DNA of 64,000 nt from IMG/VR virus record IMGVR_UViG_3300036861_001052, positions 32,001 to 96,000 of that record; one strand, given 5' to 3'. The DNA comes from a virus. Positions within the stretch are counted from its first letter, which is position 1. The number at the start of each line of letters is the position of its first letter. Of the stretch, positions 28,047 through 36,438 are shown piece after piece. The notes beneath the pieces were generated by a model. That model had not been told where the DNA came from. It saw only the letters and a list, made by a program, of their open reading frames with translations, and did no database searches. The translations under genes and the position numbers were made by a program.

Positions 28047-28751
28047 ATGTCGAGGTTTACGGTAGAGCTCACGCTCGACGAGGTCGGCGACGCGAGGCGG
28101 GCGGCAAAGAAGCGCGGCGACGCGGGACCGATGCGCGCGATCGGAGAGCAAGCGATCGCTGTCGCGTGCCGGCGGCGCTGGGAGGGCACGTTGGTAAACT
28201 TCGAGAAGTGGGACTCGTGGAAGAAGATCGGACGCGTGCCGCGGTGCATCGAAGTGCGCTTGGTCGACGCCGTGATTTCAGATCTGGATCTGGTTCAGGA
28301 TACCCCGGAGGACACTGTCGTCGTGCTCGTAGGTACCCGGGAAGCGCCCCGCTTCCTCCTCATCGGGTGGGCGTTCGCGGGGGATGTGCAGCAAGACAAG
28401 TACTGGCGAGAGGACGAGCGGAAGTTCGTGATGCCGCACATGAATCTTCGAAGTTGCTACGAGCTCAAGCGGCAGCCGAGAAAAACCGGCAGGCGCCTGC
28501 ACCGGAGCGATCCTGCTGACGATTTCGCTGGATACGGCGGCTGGCCAATGATGCTCGACACCGACGATGGGCGGCACCCGAAGTTCTACGGAAACCTCAT
28601 CCGATCGAAGTGGTCGCTTCCCTGTAGGCGTTGTCAGACGCTCGTCGTCGCGGGACAGCTTCAAGGTGGCAACTATCGCACCGGAACCATTCATGGAGAT
28701 CCAGAGGACTGCGGCTTCAAGATCGACGAGCCGAAAAAATCTTCTGCGTGA
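28047..28751 (+). CDS. Hypothetical protein, possible degenerate restriction-endonuclease-like fold
   Basis: AAGGA RBS; AIGEQAIA...IEVR...LIGW pattern; CxxC near the C-terminus. Confidence 0.5.
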   Translation: MSRFTVELTLDEVGDARRAAKKRGDAGPMRAIGEQAIAVACRRRWEGTLVNFEKWDSWKKIGRVPRCIEVRLVDAVISDLDLVQDTPEDTVVVLVGTREAPRFLLIGWAFAGDVQQDKYWREDERKFVMPHMNLRSCYELKRQPRKTGRRLHRSDPADDFAGYGGWPMMLDTDDGRHPKFYGNLIRSKWSLPCRRCQTLVVAGQLQGGNYRTGTIHGDPEDCGFKIDEPKKSSA

Positions 28752-28794
28752 GGCTTGACTAGATATAGACGTACCGGGTAAGGGACGAGATCCC

Positions 28795-29004
28795 ATGTCC
28801 GACACCATTGAGTCCATGCCGATGAAGAAGAAGCAGAAGCGGGCTCCGCGCAAGCGGCCGCTGTTCATGATCAAGTTCGACCACGAGGACCGAGCGATGC
28901 TCGATGAAGCGAGCCGGGTGGAGAAGCTCACTCGGAGCGACGTCCTTCGTCGAGCTCTTCGCGCCTATTACAGAAAGCTCCGCATCGACAAGATAGCCAG
29001 CTAA
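28795..29004 (+). CDS. Ribbon-helix-helix (CopG-like) regulator
   Basis: FMIKFDHEDRAMLDEASRVEKLTRSDVLRRALRAY. Confidence 0.75.
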   Translation: MSDTIESMPMKKKQKRAPRKRPLFMIKFDHEDRAMLDEASRVEKLTRSDVLRRALRAYYRKLRIDKIAS

Positions 29005-29029
29005 GCCCTGCGGCAAAGGAAACGACGTA

Positions 29030-30016
29030 GTGGCTTGGCAGATCGACCCAAAGATCGCTGACGACCCGTGGTTCATGGAGGACCTCAACCGGGAGACGCA
29101 GGCGCTCTTCACATTTTTGCTGATCTGTCCGCTCCGGACGACGCTTCCCGGTCTCTACAAGAACATCAGCGTCGCGATCGTGGCCGACACGTGGAAGCAG
29201 CCGTTTGCCGAGGTCCAGCCTATTTTTCAGAAGCTTCTCGAGCCCTGCAGCGAGGGCCGGCGGCACGTGCTCTACGACGGCCGTGCCCGCGTTCTTCGGA
29301 TCCCGAGCGCACCGAAGTGGAATCACGGCCCTGGCGACAAGATCCTAGCGGCCTGGTTTCGGTGCTGGTGCGCCGTTCCGGACTGCGACCTCAAGTGGGA
29401 TCACCTCGACGGGATCCGGGACGCGGTCAATCTCCACAACCCGAAAGTTGCAGCCAGGTGGCAAACCACCTTCGAGCCGCTCCTCGCGAGGCGGGCTGCT
29501 GGGCTGAGGTCTGCGCGCCCCATCGACCTCCGCGCGCTGACGAACGCCGTTCGAACGCCGACCGAACGTTCACCGAACACTGATAACGGTCACTCGGCCG
29601 GCCCGACGCTCATCTCAGAATTATCTCCTAGGTATAATACTTCCGTTCCTACTGGACCAGAACGCCGTTCGAACGGCGTTCCTATGCCTCTGGATCAGGA
29701 TCTGGATCAGGAAGAGGATCAGGATCTGGATCTGGATCAGGATCCGCGGCGTTCGAACGCCGTTCGAACGGCGTTCCCAGAAAGCTCTAAGATTTTAAAT
29801 CTATCTAACTCCTCAGAACCAGAGGGAAAAGAGCCACGTAATGGCAATGGAAGGGTTTCGAAAGACGACAGGGAGGCTTTCGGAGGAAGTGACGGCGACC
29901 AGGTCGACCCTGAAAGCCACCCTGCGACAGCAAGCGCAGAACGCCGGCGGGAGTTCGAATTGGCTGGCTGGAAACTGTCCCCGATTGGCGTCTGGATCCC
30001 CCCAGGGTTTTACTGA
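29030..30016 (+). CDS. Phage replication initiator-like protein
   Basis: N-terminus resembles phage replisome organisers (DDPWF..L...QALFTFLL...PGLY); DQDLDQEEDQDLDLDQD linker; sits upstream of loader and DnaB. Confidence 0.7.
   Translation: MAWQIDPKIADDPWFMEDLNRETQALFTFLLICPLRTTLPGLYKNISVAIVADTWKQPFAEVQPIFQKLLEPCSEGRRHVLYDGRARVLRIPSAPKWNHGPGDKILAAWFRCWCAVPDCDLKWDHLDGIRDAVNLHNPKVAARWQTTFEPLLARRAAGLRSARPIDLRALTNAVRTPTERSPNTDNGHSAGPTLISELSPRYNTSVPTGPERRSNGVPMPLDQDLDQEEDQDLDLDQDPRRSNAVRTAFPESSKILNLSNSSEPEGKEPRNGNGRVSKDDREAFGGSDGDQVDPESHPATASAERRREFELAGWKLSPIGVWIPPGFY
29542..29810. repeat. Putative replication origin: palindromic iterons, GGATCA/GGATCT repeats and AT-rich tract
   Basis: Perfect 22-bp palindrome GAACGCCGTTCGAACGGCGTTC at 29660-29681 and 29755-29776, partial copy at 29542; AT-rich TAAGATTTTAAATCTATCTAA follows. 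Confidence 0.65.
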
Positions 30017-30746
30017 AACCGAGCTCCTCGCCGAAAACATCGACGGCTACCGAGACGCCGAAAACCGCCTCGTGCTCTGCGCCAAATGCCCTGAGACGGG
30101 CGGCGGCTGCGCAAACGAGTTCTCGGTCGTCCCGGTAGGCGAACGCCCCGTGTGGCGTGACCGTAGGCTCGTCTCGGAGCCTTGCCCGAAGTGGGCGGAG
30201 TTCAAGACCAGGCGCCGGCTCAAAAATTCGGACGTCCCGGAGTTCTACTGGGACTCGTCGTTTTTCGCGTACGGCCAGCCGAAAAATTCCGCGCGCCTCG
30301 CCGAGGTCATGAAGTTTTCGCAAGCGATCGCCGAGGGCCGACGAGAGTTTCTCGTGCTCTCCGGGCCAGCCGGATCGGGTAAGACCCGTCTCGCCGTCGC
30401 GCTCTTGCGAGCGCTCGTGCAAAAAGTTCCGCGAGCCCTGCTCTGGTACGCCGACGTCACGACCGTCCGGAGCCAGATGAAACTTCGCTACGACGGCGAC
30501 GACGAGTCGCAAGGAGATCCGTTCGGGCACGCGCGAGAGTCGCACGTGCTCGTCGTCGATAACGTCGATCCAGCGAAGTACGCGAAAGAGCCCTGGGTCG
30601 CCGATCGCGTCGGAGCGCTTCTCCGCGAGCGGTGGCTCGGGCGGCGCGTGACCGTCGTCTGCACGCACGAGCGCTTTGCCGATCTCGAAAAAGCCTACGG
30701 AGACATCCCACAATTTTCCGAGACGAGACGTTGCCAGCTGTCGTGA
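29841..30746 (+). CDS. DnaC/IstB-like AAA+ helicase loader
   Basis: Walker A GPAGSGKT, Walker B VLVVDN, Cys cluster at N-terminus, RERW...TVVCT. Confidence 0.8.
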   Translation: MAMEGFRKTTGRLSEEVTATRSTLKATLRQQAQNAGGSSNWLAGNCPRLASGSPQGFTETELLAENIDGYRDAENRLVLCAKCPETGGGCANEFSVVPVGERPVWRDRRLVSEPCPKWAEFKTRRRLKNSDVPEFYWDSSFFAYGQPKNSARLAEVMKFSQAIAEGRREFLVLSGPAGSGKTRLAVALLRALVQKVPRALLWYADVTTVRSQMKLRYDGDDESQGDPFGHARESHVLVVDNVDPAKYAKEPWVADRVGALLRERWLGRRVTVVCTHERFADLEKAYGDIPQFSETRRCQLS

Positions 30747-32182
30747 AAGCTCCAGAGGAGCTCCGCCCGATCCCCGGACGAGTTCCGCCGCACGATCTCG
30801 ACGCCGAGGGCGCCGTCATCGCGGCCATCTTGCTGGTCGCATCCCAATTCGATCTCGTGATCGGGATCGTGAACTCCCTCTCGTTTTACTCCGACGCGAA
30901 CAAGATGGTCTTCAAGGCCATCGAAGATCTCGTGAGTCGCAACGAGCCCGTCGACGCGATGACCGTCGCCTCCGAGCTCCGCCGCGCGGGCACTCTCGAT
31001 CGCGCCGGCGGCTCGCCGTACATCGCCCAGCTCATCGGCGCGACGCCCGCCGTCGCCAACGTCGTCACGCACGCCGAGATCGTGCGAGACAAGTGGCAGG
31101 CGCGTCAGCTCATCCTCCGCGGCCAGCGCTTCATCGCGGAAGCGTACGTCGGGACCGATCCGTCGATCGAGATCATCCAGCGCGCCGAGACGTCGCTCGA
31201 CGAGCTCCTGTCTACCGGCGTCGGAAGCGAGCTCATCGCCGTCGGAAAAATCGCCGCCGATGAAGTCGCGATCCGCGAAGAGCTTCGCCGCACGGGCTCC
31301 ACCGGCCGCGGCACGGGCTCCCCGACCGGCTACGAGAGACTCGATCGGATGTGCGGCGGCACGCACGACACGGATCTCGTGATCGTCGCCGGTCGGCCAG
31401 GGATCGGCAAAACGACCTTCGCCATGAATCTCATCGCAAACCTCGCGCGCCCCTCGATCGGCGGCCCTCCGGAAGGCGCGGCCTTCTTCTCGCTCGAGAT
31501 GCCGAAAGAGCAAGTCGCGATCCGCTTCGCGTGCGCCGAGCAACAAGTCTCCGTCTCGAACGCTCGCCGCAATTCTCTTCGCGACGACGCGTGGGCGCGC
31601 TTTCAGCGCGGCGCCGAAGAGCTCCAGAGGTTTCCGATCTGGATCGACGACGCGCCGACGATCACCGTGCTCGAGGTCCGAGCGCGCGTGAAAAAACTCA
31701 TGCGCGACATCGCCTCTGGCAAAGCCGGAGTCCCGTGCTCACGGCTGAAGCTCGTCGCGGTAGACTATCTGCAGCTCATGCAGGGGATCCGGCAGAAGGG
31801 CGACACGCGCGAGAGCGAAGTCGCGAGCCTCTCTCGCGGGCTGAAAGCGCTCGCGAAAGATCTCGGCCTCACTGTCATCGGCGTCTCGCAGCTGAACCGC
31901 AATCCCGAGCGCGGAGGAAAAAAAGACAAGCGGCCGGAGCTCAGTGACCTGAGAGAATCTGGCGCGCTAGAGCAGGACGCGGACGTGGTGTGGTTCGTGT
32001 ACAGGAAGGCTTACTACGATCGCGAAGCGGCGACCGATGACGCCGAGCTCATCGTCGCGAAAGATCGCAACGGTCCGACCGGCACGGTGCCGCTCCGCTT
32101 CGTCGACGAGTACGTGCGCTTCTACGAGCGCGCCGAAGAGACCTACGACGATCTCACCCAGAACTTCGCCGAGGACCGATGA
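30743..32182 (+). CDS. dnaB: Replicative DNA helicase DnaB
   Basis: PPHDLDAEGAVI, GRPGIGKT, FSLEM, VDYLQL, SQLNR, DLRESGALEQDAD, KDRNGPTG; GTG 30743. Confidence 0.96.
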   Translation: MKAPEELRPIPGRVPPHDLDAEGAVIAAILLVASQFDLVIGIVNSLSFYSDANKMVFKAIEDLVSRNEPVDAMTVASELRRAGTLDRAGGSPYIAQLIGATPAVANVVTHAEIVRDKWQARQLILRGQRFIAEAYVGTDPSIEIIQRAETSLDELLSTGVGSELIAVGKIAADEVAIREELRRTGSTGRGTGSPTGYERLDRMCGGTHDTDLVIVAGRPGIGKTTFAMNLIANLARPSIGGPPEGAAFFSLEMPKEQVAIRFACAEQQVSVSNARRNSLRDDAWARFQRGAEELQRFPIWIDDAPTITVLEVRARVKKLMRDIASGKAGVPCSRLKLVAVDYLQLMQGIRQKGDTRESEVASLSRGLKALAKDLGLTVIGVSQLNRNPERGGKKDKRPELSDLRESGALEQDADVVWFVYRKAYYDREAATDDAELIVAKDRNGPTGTVPLRFVDEYVRFYERAEETYDDLTQNFAEDR

Positions 32183-32391
32183 GCGCCGTCACATGTGTGC
32201 TCGGATACATTCTGGTCGGCATCGTGATCTCGCTCGGGATGCTCAGCATCGACGTCGTCCAGCACTGGCGTGGCAAGAACGACGGCGAGCACGACATGGA
32301 CTTTCTGGTGAACAACATCGTCATCTGGCCGGTCACGGTCGTCGTCGTCCTCCGCGAGACGTGGCGGATGCATCGCGAGAAGAATCGGTGA
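32179..32391 (+). CDS. Small membrane protein
   Basis: Two hydrophobic segments, ATGA overlap with dnaB. Confidence 0.55.
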   Translation: MSAVTCVLGYILVGIVISLGMLSIDVVQHWRGKNDGEHDMDFLVNNIVIWPVTVVVVLRETWRMHREKNR

Positions 32392-32715
32392 CGGGCAGGA
32401 AACCGGTAGTCTTTCTCGCCGAGTTCGACGACGGCGAGATGCACGCTTGCCGTGCTGCCGACGACATGGAGATCGTAAACCGACCGATGTGCGGCAAGGT
32501 CGCGGCCTACCGGTCCCAGGGCGAGAGCGGGACCTTCGTGTGCGACGCTTGCATCCCGCTTCTCGCCGCGGCGCTCGGCATCGATCCGGACGACTTCGCC
32601 CGGAGGCTCGAAGCCGTGAAGTCGGGGCGTGACGATCCGGACGGTTCTTAGCCGAAAAAGACGGGGGCGCGCCGAAGGCTTGAGCACGCCGCCCGTACGG
32701 CGTACTCTCGTAGGC

Positions 32716-34419
32716 GTGTCAGACGAGCTCGAGCTGTACGACATCCCGCCGGCCTTCCAGAACCGGCTGCTCCGTTGGCTCGACAAGACCGGCGAGTCGC
32801 TGACGATCACCGCGTTGTTCAAGGACCTGAGAAGCACGCCCTCGGTTCCGCACTTCCTGGTCACGCCGAAAGACGCGCGCGATGGATCGTCGGAACACCG
32901 GAGTCTCGAGCACGCCCTGAACCACGCCATGGGCTCACGAGCCGAGACCAGGTACATCGGCAAGAAGTTCGAGAAGCGAGTGCACGCCTGGCTCGCCGAA
33001 CACGAGGGACGCATCGTGATCCGCGGCGCTGGAAACGAATTCAGGCTGACGCTGTCGGTCCCGGGAGCGAGCGTCGAGGTCTCGGACGAAGATCTCGAAG
33101 TCGCGCTCGTCATCGCGGAAGACGAGCTAGAGCTCCAGAGCATCGAGCCGGAGCCCGAGACGCGCGAGGCGATGACTCGCGCAGCGCCAACGCGCGCCGC
33201 GAGAACGCACCGGATGACGTTCGAGGACGAGCCCGAGACAGTTGCCGCGCCGACACGGATGGCCGAGACGCGCGCCACGGCGACGAAGCTCTTCGGCGGC
33301 GACACCGATCGCACGATGCGCGAAGCCGGCCTCGAGCCGAACCGTGACTACCCGGAAGAGTTTGCGCAGGGTGCGCGCTGCGGTCACCTCGAAGGCAAGG
33401 GCCGCGCGGGACAGTACGTGATCGGCGAAGAGATCCGGCTCGCCGAAGAAGCGACGGACGCGCAGGGCCTTCCGCGCGCCGCGGCGCGCGAGTGGTGCGC
33501 CGGCTACACGCACGGCTACCGGCGAGCCGCCGAGGGCTCCGAGCTCGAACGCGACTACTGCGAGCCGTGGCTCGAAGAGAATTCTCGCTGGTCTCGCGCG
33601 TACGTGAACAGCTTGCCGGACTCGGCGTTCTTGCACGTCGAGCCAGGCGGAAAGAAAGACCGCATCGGTCGCAGTCACCCGCTCTCGCTCCGGCACTTGC
33701 CGTACAAGAATCGCTCGGGTCGCATCGACCGCGCGCATCTTCGCGCGGCGCTCTCGCGCTCGCATCAGGCAAAGACGAAGCTCCCCGCGCGGGTGAAAGA
33801 GCAAGCGTTCCGGCGGGCGCAGGAGCTCTACCGGCGCGAGTACGGCGAGGCCGACTACGAACTTGCCGCAAACGCTTCCCGACTGCCTCGGCCACGGCCG
33901 AGCATGCGCGGCCGGGAGCTTCCGTCGACGACCGAGCTCGTCGAGCGCGAAGAAGCGCGCACTCGGCGAGAGCAGAGGCCGTTCGATCCGGAAGAGCGGC
34001 GGGAGCCCTACGCGCGCACGCACCACTTTGCCGTGAACCGGCATGCCGACCGGGACATGCTTCGCGAGGTAGCGCTCGGCGACACTGGCTACGTGCTCGT
34101 GCTCTGGGACACGCACAACGTCGACCGGATGGGTAAGAGCATCCTCGGCTATGCGTTCTACGCACCCGATGAAGAAGCACCGCTCTTCGAGGGCGAGGAC
34201 TACGGCGCCTCGCCCATGCACGCGATCGACTCGGACGAATCGGTGCGCGGTCTCATCGGCTTTCTGACGCTGAGGCCGGGCGACACCGATCGCGAATACT
34301 TCTCCGGCTACACGGAGCGCCAGCTCGACTTCGCGCGCGGTGACGCCGAAGGCCTGCAAGAGTTCGGGATGGAGCCCGAGGCCGGATACGAGCAGCCTCC
34401 GCTCGTCGACGTCCGATGA
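32716..34419 (+). CDS. Modular multi-domain protein including a DUF6582-like module
   Basis: GTG 32716 behind TTGAGC-17-TACTCT; module WSRAYVNSLPDSAF..EPGGKKD...LRHLPY...AHLRAALSR resembles phage head-associated domains; segments separated by L/F-x-x-N. Confidence 0.7.
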   Translation: MSDELELYDIPPAFQNRLLRWLDKTGESLTITALFKDLRSTPSVPHFLVTPKDARDGSSEHRSLEHALNHAMGSRAETRYIGKKFEKRVHAWLAEHEGRIVIRGAGNEFRLTLSVPGASVEVSDEDLEVALVIAEDELELQSIEPEPETREAMTRAAPTRAARTHRMTFEDEPETVAAPTRMAETRATATKLFGGDTDRTMREAGLEPNRDYPEEFAQGARCGHLEGKGRAGQYVIGEEIRLAEEATDAQGLPRAAAREWCAGYTHGYRRAAEGSELERDYCEPWLEENSRWSRAYVNSLPDSAFLHVEPGGKKDRIGRSHPLSLRHLPYKNRSGRIDRAHLRAALSRSHQAKTKLPARVKEQAFRRAQELYRREYGEADYELAANASRLPRPRPSMRGRELPSTTELVEREEARTRREQRPFDPEERREPYARTHHFAVNRHADRDMLREVALGDTGYVLVLWDTHNVDRMGKSILGYAFYAPDEEAPLFEGEDYGASPMHAIDSDESVRGLIGFLTLRPGDTDREYFSGYTERQLDFARGDAEGLQEFGMEPEAGYEQPPLVDVR

Positions 34420-35366
34420 CGGGCTACGCGCTTGGCCTCGTCGTAAACCCGAAGCTCGCGCGGCCCGTCCTCGCGTACTGGGACGGCCGCGAGATGGATA
34501 TCTTGGCGCTCGACGACGACGAGTGGCTTTCGATCGGCACGGGCTACTACGGCGACACCGATGATCCGGCAACGAGCGCGACCGGCTATCCTCGCTCGCA
34601 CACGCCGAGCGGCGTCCAGATCAAGAAGCAGGGCTACGGCACGTGTCTCTACACGGCGCTCTGCTTGGGCGCGCACCACAACGCCGACGGGGCGCTCAGG
34701 CTCTTTCGCTACGGCCCCGACGGCGACGGCATCTCGTCTGAGTCGAACAGCCGGAGCACGGAGGCAGATCACTGGTGGAGCCGCGCTAAGGAGCTCGGCC
34801 TGGCTAGCGAAGTGGTCGAAGATCAGACCGAGGAGGGCGTCGACGTCACGAGCGAGCTCTCGGACATCGTCTCGGGTCAAGAGGTCGACGGGAAGCTCGT
34901 GAGCTACGTGAACACGATCAACGTCGACGTCGAAGCGAGCGTGACGGCCGACGTGTACCCCTACGACAACGCCGAGGACCACGACCTAGTGCTTGCCGAA
35001 TTCGTCGCGGACATTCCGTTCACGGGCGTCGAGTCGCTCTGGACGATGATCCGAGACCGAGAGTCCACGGACTTGAAGCTTCTGGTGCACGCCGAGCGGA
35101 TCCTCGCGTGCGACGTCCGAGGCCTCTCGGTCTCCGCCATGAACCTCCTCGGCATCCTCGCCGAGCGCGGCGGCGCGCCCGAAGAAGATCTCCATGCGCT
35201 GCGTTTCCGGTGGGAGCACGGGCTCGACCCTGGGGCGCCCGTGAAGCAGATGCGCCTGCCGTTCAAGGCAAATAGCTCCGAGGCCCGGCAAGCGACTGAG
35301 ATCCTAAAGGCCACCAAAATGCTGCGGTCCGAGACCGGTTGGGACGACCTCCGCACGCTGCCGTAG
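34416..35366 (+). CDS. GNAT-like acetyltransferase-fold protein
   Basis: KKQGYGTCLY (acetyl-CoA motif A-like) followed by GISS...RSTEADHWW. Confidence 0.5.
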   Translation: MTGYALGLVVNPKLARPVLAYWDGREMDILALDDDEWLSIGTGYYGDTDDPATSATGYPRSHTPSGVQIKKQGYGTCLYTALCLGAHHNADGALRLFRYGPDGDGISSESNSRSTEADHWWSRAKELGLASEVVEDQTEEGVDVTSELSDIVSGQEVDGKLVSYVNTINVDVEASVTADVYPYDNAEDHDLVLAEFVADIPFTGVESLWTMIRDRESTDLKLLVHAERILACDVRGLSVSAMNLLGILAERGGAPEEDLHALRFRWEHGLDPGAPVKQMRLPFKANSSEARQATEILKATKMLRSETGWDDLRTLP

Positions 35367-35400
35367 ACAGACGGCGCCCCGGTCGGATATTCTCCGGGCC

Positions 35401-35994
35401 ATGGCATTCACGAACGTCTTCTACGAGAACGCCGACCTCTTCGCCCTGTCGTTTCCGGCGCCGGCCACGTCGCTCTTGGTCAAGACCGTAGAGGCCGCGG
35501 AAGCTCCGGTGATGGAAGCGCTCGTGCAAGAAGCGCTCGACGAAGTCACCGCCCAGAACGTACTCATCGCAGCGGCGATCCCGGACGAAGCCGGCGTGCT
35601 CCTGACGCTCGCCGACGCAGATCTCGCAGGAGCCGGTGACGGTCACACGTTCGTGACGACGCTCTTCTTCGTTCCCTCCGACCTGAACGGCATTCAGGAG
35701 ATCTTGGGCTCCGGAGCGCTGCTACCGAACCTCTTCCGGTTCAAGTTCGGCCTGGCGAGCGAAGACGAGTCTTTCGCGACCGAGATCAATAGCGCCATCA
35801 CGCGCAACATCGGTGAGTTCGATATGCCGGCGATCTTCCAGTTCACGCGAGGTGCTGCCAAGGGAACGCGGTTCATGTTCGGCGTCGGCGGGATCCCGGA
35901 AGGCATCAGCGAGTCCCGCCTCGGTAACCGCACCGGCCTCCGCGCGAAGCTCTTCGCTGCCGGGGTCGCCGCCAAGGGCGAGCCGACCGGCTGA
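35401..35994 (+). CDS. Stand-alone paralog of the collagen-fibre N-terminal domain
   Basis: LAGAGDGHTFVTTL and GAAKGTRFMFG match [14 protein letters not shown] and [11 protein letters not shown] of the fibres; own promoter TAGACA-18-TATTCT-7-ATG. Confidence 0.75.
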   Translation: MAFTNVFYENADLFALSFPAPATSLLVKTVEAAEAPVMEALVQEALDEVTAQNVLIAAAIPDEAGVLLTLADADLAGAGDGHTFVTTLFFVPSDLNGIQEILGSGALLPNLFRFKFGLASEDESFATEINSAITRNIGEFDMPAIFQFTRGAAKGTRFMFGVGGIPEGISESRLGNRTGLRAKLFAAGVAAKGEPTG

Positions 35995-36075
35995 AAACGT
36001 GCGCCCGGGCTAGCCCGGGGCCGTTCGGGCTTGAGGCAGAGCCGGCCTCTGCCGTATCCTTCGGGGACTCCGGGC

Positions 36076-36438
36076 ATGTCCGACCCCGTGAACCATCCGC
36101 GGCACTACAACGTGCACCCGTCGGGTCTCGAAGCGATCGAGATCTGCGAGCACCTCTCGTTCTGCGTCGGCAACGCCGTCAAGTACGTCTGGCGCGCCGG
36201 CGAAAAGGGCGACCGGATCGAAGATCTGAGAAAAGCCGAATGGTACCTCACCCGGCAGCGGTCGCAACGGTGGGGCCACGAAGAGCTCCAAAGCACATGG
36301 TTGCAAGACAGGCTCCAGCGCTTGTGGCAGCCGTACCCTGAGCACGACTTCCTCGGGAAGTTTCTCTGGTATCTCGTGACTCGCAGTCTCGAGGAAGCGC
36401 GCACGCTCGTGCGGGAAGAGATCAAGAAGGCGTCGTGA
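36076..36438 (+). CDS. DUF3310 family protein
   Basis: MSDPVNHPRHYN...EAIEI...FCVGNAVKYVWRAGEK...EDLRKAEWYL. Confidence 0.9.
   Translation: MSDPVNHPRHYNVHPSGLEAIEICEHLSFCVGNAVKYVWRAGEKGDRIEDLRKAEWYLTRQRSQRWGHEELQSTWLQDRLQRLWQPYPEHDFLGKFLWYLVTRSLEEARTLVREEIKKAS

Noticed and set aside
29841-30746. P-loop protein as the genome-packaging ATPase or an IS21 IstB
   Set aside because: Position between initiator and DnaB fits a helicase loader; no IstA transposase nearby
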